This document shows positions 53,947-64,000 of a stretch of DNA of 64,000 nucleotides, in pieces. The notes under the pieces are model-generated. The model had not been told where the DNA came from and did not search any database. It saw nothing but the letters and a program-made list of their open reading frames with translations. A program made the translations under genes and the position numbers. Source of the stretch: Chrysomallon squamiferum (taxonomy: Eukaryota; Animalia; Mollusca); assembly GCA_012295275.1 (NCBI GenBank), contig CM022678.1, forward strand, positions 14,074,001-14,138,000, in the 5' to 3' direction. Positions within the stretch are counted from its first letter, which is position 1; each line of letters begins with the position of its first letter.

Positions 53947-56161
53947 AATTTATTTGGAATACATCTAAATGTACGAACATAATACTCAATACATTGCTAA
54001 TTACACCCACGTAGCTGATAATCCGAACTGGTATACCCTCCCGTCTTCGATTTAAAACAGATTACTACCTATCAGTTGCAGAAAGAGTACAATGAATTTC
54101 TCTCAGTGAAACAGCTGCCATGAATGTTTTAAAAGGCTGGATTAACTTCAAGCAATCATTTCAGCTTATTAACAAAAGTTTTTAGGTGACATTTCAAGTT
54201 TAATTAGAAAAAAAAAGAAGTTAATAGCATTTTGACAATTCTTTCAAAATCAGGCTAAAAACAGATTTATTTTTTTATCTCATATGATAATCAACATTTC
54301 AGCTAGGCACCTTTTAGTTCTTCTAGAAAAGTAGTTATAAAAGATCAAATAAACACAACCAAGTAAACAAGTAAATAAGTGAACTGATAAATAACAACAC
54401 TGCTAACGAAAGAATATAAATAGAACCTTTCTTTTTTATATATATTTTAGAAAAAGAAACCATAAAGTGGTAAGCCTGTACAAGTATTCACAATGGATAC
54501 AACCTGTTTTATTTTATCTCTTCTCGACCTAGCAAAAGTTTAACACATTAAATCTGTTTTCACCCTGTTTTCTAAGATCGATGAGACAACTGTTGTTGAG
54601 CGAAAACTTTGAAATAAATATTAAATAAACCAACAAATAAATAAATAATGTAGTAATAATGAAGTATAGATCATAAATCTTTATTTAAAACTAAATAGTG
54701 AATGAATTACAACGGTTAATTAAATGTCACCAGTATCGTTTATCAAGAAAAAGGAGTAACAACAGTCACGTCATTACTTTTGATGTACGACGTCTGCACC
54801 CAAGGGAGAAAAATGACAGCCACCAGAAGACAGTTAGTCGATAGCGTATCGCATTGTTTTTCTCGTACTGTTAGCCTGAAGACACATTACTATTACATAG
54901 GTCTTCATGGCTAAATACACAATTCTTTATAACAAATAAATAACAACGACAACGACAACAACAACAACAAATAAATAAAGAATAAACTGTAAACGATTTT
55001 GATGGAACTCGGATTATATGTAATAACTAATGCGTCGTTCATAATATGAATAATTTAAAAATAACATAAAAACTGATCTAGAAAGATGACCTTTTGTTGA
55101 CATTTGCCTCGAGTATTTTTGAACTTGTATAACTTCATCTATGCTCAGCCTTAGAAATGATCTTTAAATTTTGTAATCATTTCTTTTGATTTATGTAATC
55201 ATTGTAATGGAATGAATGACTTTCTAAAATGCTTTTATACCCTCTGACTATAGTTATTATAAGTTATAAATATGTGTTGATTTTTCAGTTTGGTACATAT
55301 ATGAAGTGGACGTACTAGTAATTAATTATAACGTAAAACTGTTAATTTAAAATTTGTTAAATTTTTCAGTGTTGATCTGTGTTGAAGTTAGCAATATTCT
55401 AGTGTTATATAAATTCACAATCACCTTTAATTAGAGGACAACACTGGAACTACAAAACACGTTACTTATGTGTCTACACAGGCTGTGAGAATTAATAATA
55501 GTCGTGTAGCTGTAATACTGGGCTAAACACACTTAGCAGCCACACTACACACGTCTTGAGATGAACGTGGATACAAGATCAGTTAAGGAATCAAGCAAAA
55601 TACATAAATATATCTTAACAAATACAGAAAAATACTTACAAAATATTTATTGCAATATTACTACTTCTAAACTATTACTACTCCTTGGGATCAATGCAGA
55701 ATTTTGCACTAGACTTTTTAACTACTAATACATTTTTATATATAATTCATTTAATTAGTAGCAATACTTGTAGCTTTTGTAATAATATTATATAAACAAT
55801 ATAACATTTTTTTTTTTAATATTATATTATTTATCATTTATGTTATATTCTTATTAAAAAAAATATGACAAATAATAAAAATAATAACTGTAAAGTGATG
55901 AAAGAAAGATAGGAAGAAACAAAAAAAGTGGTGCGAATAAAGGCCGGACGCGGTTATTAAAGAGAATAAAGAAAAAATATATATATACATTCAGCAAGCT
56001 AAAAATCATTTCAGTCATTTCCCTGACTTATTTATTCTTGTACTGACATAAACAGTTAAAAACTCTATGTATTTTTAATGATAAGAGTAGGAAACTGATT
56101 TGGAGCTGTGCGGCTCATTCAATCATTTCGCGATTATATCAATAAGTAAGAGAATAGCCAG

Positions 56162-57725
56162 GCGAGTTTGAACATCACAGATCAGCAGGTTAATGAAAAC
56201 ACTGCGAGTTTCAACATCACAGATCAGCTGACAGGTTAATGAAAACACTGCGAGTTTCAACATCACAGATCAGCTGACAGATTAATGAAAACACTGCGAG
56301 TTTCAACATCACAGATCAGCTGACAGATTAATGAAAACACTGCGAGTTTCAACATCATAGATCAGCTGACAGATTAATGAAAACACTGCGAGTTTCAATA
56401 TCACAGATCAGCAGGTTAATGAAAACACTGCGAGTTTCAACATCACAGATCAGCAGACAGATTAATGAAAACACTGCGAGTTTCAACATCACAGATCAGC
56501 AGACAGATTAATGAAAACACTGCGAGTTTCAACATCACAGATCAGCAGACAGATTAATGAAAACACTGCGAGTTTCAACATCATAGATCAGCTGACAGAT
56601 TAATGAAAACACTGCGAGTTTCATTATCACAGATCAGCAGGTTAATGAAAACACTGCGAGTTTCAACATCACAGATCAGCTGACAGATTAATGAAAACAC
56701 TGCGAGTTTCAACATCACAGATCAGCTGACAGATTAATGAAAACACTGCGAGTTTCAACATCACAGATCAGCAGGTTAATGAAAACACTGCGAGTTTCAA
56801 CATCACAGATCAGCTGACAGATTAATGAAAACACTGCGAGTTTCAACATCACAGATCAGCAGACAGATTAATGAAAACACTGCGAGTTTCAACATCACAG
56901 ATCAGCTGACAGATTAATGAAAACACTGCGAGTTTCAACATCACAGATCAGCAGATTAATGAAAACACTGCGAGTTTCAACATCACAGATCAGCAGACAG
57001 ATTAATGAAAACACTGCGAGTTTCAACATCACAGATCAGCAGACAGATTAATGAAAACACTGCGAGTTTCAACATCACAGATCAGCAGACAGATTAATGA
57101 AAACACTGCGAGTTTCAACATCACAGATCAGCAGATTAATGAAAACACTGCGAGTTTCAACATCACAGATCAGCAGACAGATTAATGAAAACACTGCGAG
57201 TTTCAACATCACAGATCAGCAGGTTAATGAAAACACTGCGAGTTTCAACATCACAGATCAGCAGACAGATTAATGAAAACACTGCGAGTTTCAACATCAC
57301 AGATCAGCAGACAGATTAATGAAAACACTGCGAGTTTCAACATCACAGATCAGCAGACAGATTAATGAAAACACTGCGAGTTTCAACATCACAGATCAGC
57401 AGACAGATTAATGAAAACACTGCGAGCTTCAACATCACAGATCAGCAGACAGATTAATGAAAACACTGCGAGTTTCAACATCACAGATCAGCAGACAGAT
57501 GAAATGAAAACACTGCGAGTTTCAACATCACAGATCAGCAGATTAATGAAAACACTGCGAGTTTCAACATCACAGATCAGCTGACAGATTAATGAAAACA
57601 CTGCGAGTTTCAACATCACAGATCAGCAGACAGATTAATGAAAACACTGCGAGTTTCAACATCACAGATCAGCAGGTTAATGAAAACACTGCGAGTTTGA
57701 ACATCACAGATCAGCTGACAGATGA
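56162..57725. repeat. Minisatellite, ~34 units of 46 bp and 42 bp (attaatgaaaacactgcgagtttcaacatcacagatcagc[a/t]gacag)
   Basis: Highly homogeneous direct tandem repeats with no unique spacers. Confidence 0.97.
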
Positions 57726-58277
57726 AATGATGTGCGTCACACTCTAGTGACGTATAAACAAACTGAAGAGTGGTAGAGGAAGTTAACTGAATGCAACATT
57801 TCAAAACTCCTGTCACTAAAAATCAGTACGGTTTTGAGGAAATCTGAGTTAAAATATAATGCAAAAAATATATCTTACAACATCCCACTACCAAACGATT
57901 ATCAAAGTAAGGCCAAAGTTTCAAGTTTGTCCCATGACCTCCATGTTTATCAAACGGACCCGCCATCTTGTACTCGCCCACTTGTCGCCTCTTCTTCGAG
58001 AACCAGAACCCAGAGCCCTGACTCATTCCTCGAAGCGGAAACAAAGACAGAAAGAAATTACTTGGGTGGGTGGACAGATTTCAAAACTTGCTATATGTTA
58101 TTAACTTAAATTTAAAAGTTAAAATTGCCTCATCAGTATTTTACTGTAAAAGGGTATTACGGCTGGTCAAACAGAACTGTAGTTATTTGCATATATCGGC
58201 AGTTAAATACAGTTTATTTACTAATTACAATTATTAATATATATTTATTTAATATTTGTCATTGTTTTATGTTTTCG

Positions 58278-58763
58278 GTGCTACTTTGGCGTGTGATCTA
58301 CAACGGCTATCTACAAAAAAAATCTAGGAACTTTCTATAAGAAAAGAGCGTGACGAGAAAGGGTGATTATATACCTTTAAGATGTCAGTTTATAACGGGC
58401 ACGCACAGATTTGACTTAGTTTGGATCAGAAATGGATTAAATAGGCAAACCCTTAAGATGTTGGCTGAAGATTTTTACAACATGATCAGTGTCGAGACGA
58501 AGGCAATTGTATTTTACAAAGAAATGGCCTTGTAGTGAACCACAGAACCTTCCAATCACACCTTGATTATTTCTGTTGGTTACATTTCTAGGAGATGTTC
58601 ACTCAATTCATCGATAAAATTACTCAGATTTGTATATAAATTATAAATATATAATCAAAGGAAAGTTTTTTCATTATATGCCGTGAAAAATAATTTTAAA
58701 AACTCAAAGAATAAACAAAATAATAATTAAAATAAGAGCATAGGTCACACACCAAAGCAGCAC
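58278..58763. mobile_element. MITE (copy B), same family as 13293-13694
   Basis: TIRs gtgctactttggcgtgtgatcta / taggtcacacaccaaagcagcac; internal blocks shared with copy A. Confidence 0.78.
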
Positions 58764-58861
58764 GAAAATATCTTTAATTAGTGTACGTAAAATTTTTTTG
58801 TAACAGATAACCGTGTTCTGCGTTAAACAAAGACGAGATTATCTATCTACGTCACAATAAC

Positions 58862-58892
<31 letters not shown>

Positions 58893-60006
58893 GAAATATA
58901 TATATAGGAAAAAAATAAATAAACAGGGAAAAGTATTTTAAAAAATAAATAAATAATAAGTCATTAAATAAATATAATAAGCAGTAAGTAAATACCATGA
59001 AAATAAATAAAAACCACTTGATAATAAATAAATAAAAATGAGACACATTCAGACCTATTTATTTCTTTGTTTCTCAACTTTCAAGAACAATTTTTATTTA
59101 AAGTTATGTATAACTGCGTGCTGACATGAAACCCGGAAACATAAAACAAAAGGAGATTACAAAAAAAGCTTTTTGATGACCAGAAATTTCAAATTACAAG
59201 TTTCAAGGCTGACAGGAAGAATACATTTGTATTTTATATAAAATTATTTAATCAATAGAAACTCTCTTGTGGCACGTTCGGTTGTACTTTGTGAAATTTA
59301 ACTTTATTTAAGAAACATGTCGTATCCAAGAAATTGTATATTTTTTATTTATTTATTTATTTATTATTATTTTTTTTAATTATTATTATTGTTTTAGTTT
59401 TGATTATTTTGTATTTCCATGTTGTTTTTTTGTATTTTGATCTTCATGTTGCTGGCATCTGTGTTGGGATTAGGATAGAGGTAAAGGTTAGCGTTGCACA
59501 AGAACTCATTTTAGAAATCTATTTCATTACTTTGCCCTTTTCCATTTTCTTATTTTTATACTCCCCCCTCCTAACGATTCCGTAAGATTGTAGCTTAGGT
59601 ATAAGTATTTTCATTTCAGTTCGCACAGCCCTCAGAAAGGACTTGTAAATCAAGATTTTTAGATATTATTTATTTCCATAAGATATACATTATTTTATTT
59701 TATTCTATGTTATTTATTTATTTCTTTATTTATTTTTCTTCTTATTATTATTAATACTTTGATCTAAGCGTAATAGTTCTACGACATTTAAACAATGAAA
59801 CAGATTAATTTAAGTTTGATTCTACAAAAGCTAATTCTTCAGTCATAAAATGGACTACTACTACTACTACTACTACACCGCTGCTAATACCACTACTAAC
59901 TATACAAATTGCTACTACTACCATGCACTACTCCTTCTACTACTCCACTACACTACTATTATAACACTTTACCATATTACTATGCTACTACTCCATTTTA
60001 CTACTA

Positions 60007-60200
60007 TAGGCTGAGGACCCGTTATCCGAAATTCCATAATCCGAAAAGGTCCGAAATCAGAAACTTTTTCCGAGCAGCAGAAATAATATCTTACAGTTTT
60101 CAGATACTTTGCATTTTATGCACAAAATTATTTTTAAAAATATTTTTTTAAAAGTCCTGCACTCTATCTGTATAAGTTGTATGTGAAAAATAATACAGTT
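60007..60200 (+). mobile_element. Tigger4/MER46-like pogo element end fragment
   Basis: TA|taggctgaggacccgttatccgaaattccataatccgaaaaggtccgaaatcagaaactttttccgagc and tgcacaaaattatt resemble the Tigger4-type terminus. Recognised from memory, not searched. Confidence 0.5.
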
Positions 60201-60818
60201 CACCAGTGGATAAAAATACTTGAACGTTTCATCAGTAAGAGAAGCCCCTGTGTTCAGTATTTAATACAATTATATTCTAGTTTTCCACAATAAATAAATA
60301 ATCTATCATGTTTTTCTATAATGTGTAAGAGGTTTGAGAAATTAATTTCTTATATATTCATGTATATAATTATATTTTAAAGTTACATGAAGTCAAACTA
60401 TTTTTATTTACAGAATATTTTATTAATGTGAATTTATATAGGCATCAGGCCAATTTCGTAAAAGTAGATTTGCTTTCATTTTATAATTGCAATTAAATCA
60501 TTTCTTGTACCTGTAGAAGAAGTTCTATTAATTTATATATTTTTTATTTTAAAGTCGACGTTACAATTTTTTTTTGGTATTTATTTGAATTTGCATTCAA
60601 GTGGAATTATATCGATTATTTTGAGAGCTAAGTAAGAATAAAAATATATATTTCATTAAATAATAATAAGTTATTTAATCTAAACTATTCATATCCGAGT
60701 TATTTAATAAAAACTATTTAAATTACACCGTACCAGTTTTCAAATTATTCCATTATTTCTTTCTAAAACCCAAATAAAAGATTCATAATATAATAATTTC
60801 TCAAATAAAATTAATAAC

Positions 60819-60883
<65 letters not shown>

Positions 60884-61368
60884 TAAATAAACAAACAAGA
60901 AATACACGTTTAAATGTATAAAACCTTTCCTTACTGGTATGGTGTGATGAGAAAACGTCTAATAAATGACTTATTATTGAACACATCAAGCACACGTTTT
61001 GTCTTCATTTTTTGAGTTGGTTAACTTTTTTTTAATTCTGTAGATCACGTTAAGATTCCTCACCAGCAGTTTTCTCATTCATATTCGTCAGATTCCCAGT
61101 TAATCTGTCACGCCACATCCTCATTATTATGCTATCTGAATTAATCACAGCTGAATACTCACCGTCACAACCTCGAAGTAGATAAACCAAAATCATTGTT
61201 TAATGAGAGTAATCATATGATTCGAATACTTTAAATTTTCGAACAAAATCATTACCTTCAAATCTAATCCTCTACTAATACTAGCCAAGTTCGTATTTTT
61301 ATCGCATGTAAGAAACAAAAACATAACAAGATCAAACAACAAAATAAACAAACAAACAAACAAACAAA

Positions 61369-61415
<47 letters not shown>

Positions 61416-61442
61416 AGCATGCCACCTAAGAATTAATTAACA

Positions 61443-61521
<79 letters not shown>

Positions 61522-61695
61522 TGAAAGTTAACTTCGACTACTAAATCCCGAGAGCTAAGAACTCGGGTATAGTTCCTGTGTTTAGAGAAGATACGAATAT
61601 GAAATATAAACTGACAGAAGGCAAGAATAAACGCTGCATAGATGATAAAGTGAGGGGTGGTAAATGGCATAATCTGTTCTTTATTGTGGCTTTGT

Positions 61696-61749
<54 letters not shown>

Positions 61750-61972
61750 TCTGTGTTTCTGTAAATGTATATGTTTAAGTTCGCGATGTATATGCATGTG
61801 TATGCGTGAGTTCTTAATTTTCTCAAATGTTTCATAAACAAATAATACTTATTTTCATTATATTACAATTACATTTATTTTTCAAAATTAAAAAATGATC
61901 TAACTAGTTCTGTATTAAAATAGTGATATTTACAGCTCTGTGTTTCGTTTTCCGCTAGGAAGTTAGGCCGAC

Positions 61973-62109
61973 TATCCTCTGGTGTAGAACAGCTCAGATG
62001 GATATTTGGAGTATATCGCTGGTTCTCCACCAGAGACAGGTCAATATTGTTTTTATTGGCTAATCTTTACCAACAATGTGATATCTGAGCTGTTCTCCAG
62101 CAGAGAATA
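61973..62109. mobile_element. ~137-bp foldback element/MITE just downstream of the transporter stop codon
   Basis: Inverted arms tatcctctggtgtagaacagctcagat / atctgagctgttctccagcagagaata (24 of 27 complementary), plus an internal partial third arm gttctccaccagag. Confidence 0.65.
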
Positions 62110-62220
62110 CTAGGGTTACACAGTAGTCTGTTGTCAGCACAATGTTAGTAACTCGCGAGACACAGTCTAACCAAATCATCGCTGTTAATATATTCTTTTC
62201 AGTCTTAGACAAAAAATATA

Positions 62221-62417
62221 TTAAAGGTACATAAATTTCTGCCAGTCTATTTGGCTGTCGTCTTCTCCTTGATTAAGCTGTGGTAGATGGAATTTTTGAG
62301 TTCCACGTCTGCTCTCCACAAAAAACACCAGCAGTAGAAGACATACACCAGAAAGAGCTGTCCCACAGAAAATTTGATATGGAAACAGATAGGACCCAGT
62401 CAAATCGTATAAAACAC
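62221..62417 (-). CDS. Monocarboxylate transporter-like (SLC16/MFS), terminal exon
   Basis: Acceptor ttttag at 62418-62419, phase 1. Encodes GVLYDLTGSYLFPYQIFCGTALSGVCLLLLV (the typical G.LYD.TGSY motif plus TM12) up to TAA. Confidence 0.85.
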
Positions 62418-62572
62418 CTAAAATATAAAAATATATTTACAGTAATATAAATGTTGCCGTAAGACGATTACGTATCTAACGTCTTCTATTTTATTATTAT
62501 TAAAACGAAAATTCCTTAAGAATTCATCGCAGTTATGTATTTGTTAAATATAGATTTGAATATTAACAAAAT

Positions 62573-62616
<44 letters not shown>

Positions 62617-62900
62617 GATGGATGGATAGATGGATCGGTATTAATTATGTTTTGTACATCCAGACAAAACAGATCTTACAGTCATAAACATTGACCAAAA
62701 TATGAGAGACCAGTTTCACCAATAGAAGTGCAAGTAATTAGTCATATATATGTGTGTGTGATTATGTGTTGCGTGCAAGCGAGTATTTGTATATGAATCA
62801 TGACAATTATTATATTTGTTATTGCTTATTTTTTGTACAGTTTATTATTATTGTTTTAACTATAATCCTTATCACCGTTTGAATCTAGGAATACACTCAC

Positions 62901-63656
62901 CAACTGTAATGCCAGCCATGGTGTTGGCGATGCCGTTAGCCGACGTACCAATTCCTAAGGCAAAAGGATACATCTTTTCTCCCGACAGCTCGTAGACTCC
63001 TACGGGAAATATTGATATAAGAATTCCTAAACCCAATCCAAAAGTCACACAGAAAACTAACATCAAAGAAAATCCACTGATATAGACCAAGGTAAATACT
63101 GACGTTGAGCCGAAGATAACGGCGATTGAGAAGATATGTACGGTGTGAAGGCGGGGGATCATTTTAATGAAGCCAGTAAGAAAACGGGTTGACGTATTAG
63201 ACGCGTTCAAAGCCAGTAATAGATTTATTCCATTGCCTAGGGACAGGCCTTTACCTTCGCCGAAATCCACCAAGGTGAATGTCACACCATTGAGAGAACC
63301 AAATGCGATCATTGAAGCAAGGATGTATGTACAGTATAGAGGTTTTAACAACATCCGCCACGACGACTTCTTCTGTTTCACAGCATTTTCCTTTTTGCCA
63401 GACTTGTGCGCTGACGATATGACCGGTGACGTCACAAGCAGGCTGCCGACAAGGACATTGAGATAAAGGCAGCACAGAATCAACATGGCTCCTTTCCAGC
63501 TGAAGATCTCAACAAGGTGTGCGAAAAGTTTGGGTAGAACCAAGGACCCAACTCCTCCAAAAGTCATTAACGTTGTTATAGCTAGACTAGACCTCGAGTG
63601 AAAGTTTGAGGCAACTGCAGCCAAAAGAGGTACAAATCCCATACAACTTCCAAAAC
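62901..63656 (-). CDS. Monocarboxylate transporter-like (SLC16/MFS), penultimate exon; the gene continues beyond the window
   Basis: 756-nt phase-1/phase-1 exon with acceptor ttag at 63657-63658 and donor g|gtgagt. Motifs F..RSSLA..L...GGVG and FSWKGAMLIL..L.LN, plus multiple TM helices. Confidence 0.87.
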
Positions 63657-64000
63657 CTAATGAAAAAAATAATAATAATAATAATAAAAAAAAAAAATTT
63701 AAAAAAAAAAAAAAAAATTAATAATAATAAATAAATTAAATAAAGGACAAAAAATAAAATATTAATGTCTTTGTGGTCATTAACATCATTTTCTTCGCCA
63801 TCATTATTTGTCATCCTCAGTATTATTATTGTTATTATGTTTTTTATAGAAAAGAGTAAAAATAATAATAAAAAAACAAACAAAAAACAACAAGAAAAAA
63901 GTGCCCAAAATGTGTGTGTGTGTGTGAAGATCTGTGTGTCAATGTTATTTTTACAGATATGTCAAAACCAACATAGTGATGGACAGATGCAGAAACAGAC

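Noticed and set aside
56162-57725. CRISPR-like array
   Set aside because: Units abut directly with no unique spacers, there are no cas genes, and the context is eukaryotic. It is a minisatellite.
63167-63883. ORFs overlapping the transporter exon and its intron
   Set aside because: Alternative-frame or antisense shadows of the MFS exon, or AT-rich intron translations.

Overview
AT-rich, microsatellite-rich eukaryotic (animal) DNA, probably molluscan and possibly cephalopod; this is inferred from the fingers-only C2H2 genes, degenerate TTAGGG tracts and a peptide GPCR, and is not proven. Genes: two tandem single-coding-exon C2H2 zinc-finger paralogs (1.2-2.6 kb and 7.3-8.5 kb); a six-exon SDF2/SDF2L1-family MIR-domain ER protein ending in HTEL (10.8-15.7 kb), which the ORF track mostly misses; an intronless FMRFamide-receptor-like class A GPCR (minus strand, 19.7-20.7 kb); and the last two exons of an SLC16/MCT-like MFS transporter (minus strand, 62.2-63.7 kb). 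The ~41 kb between the GPCR and the transporter has no recognisable host gene and is largely transposon debris. It holds a decayed L1/Tx1 LINE with nested hAT insertions, two MULE-derived elements, a full-length but inactivated Buster-type hAT with perfect TSDs, Tigger/pogo remnants, MITEs and two minisatellite arrays (27/30 bp and 42/46 bp units). I found no CRISPR array, RNA gene or clearly novel system. The best leads are a CpG-based methylation-domain boundary, zinc-finger array decay, an XBP1-like site at SDF2, a foldback element near the transporter 3' end and the structured satellites.
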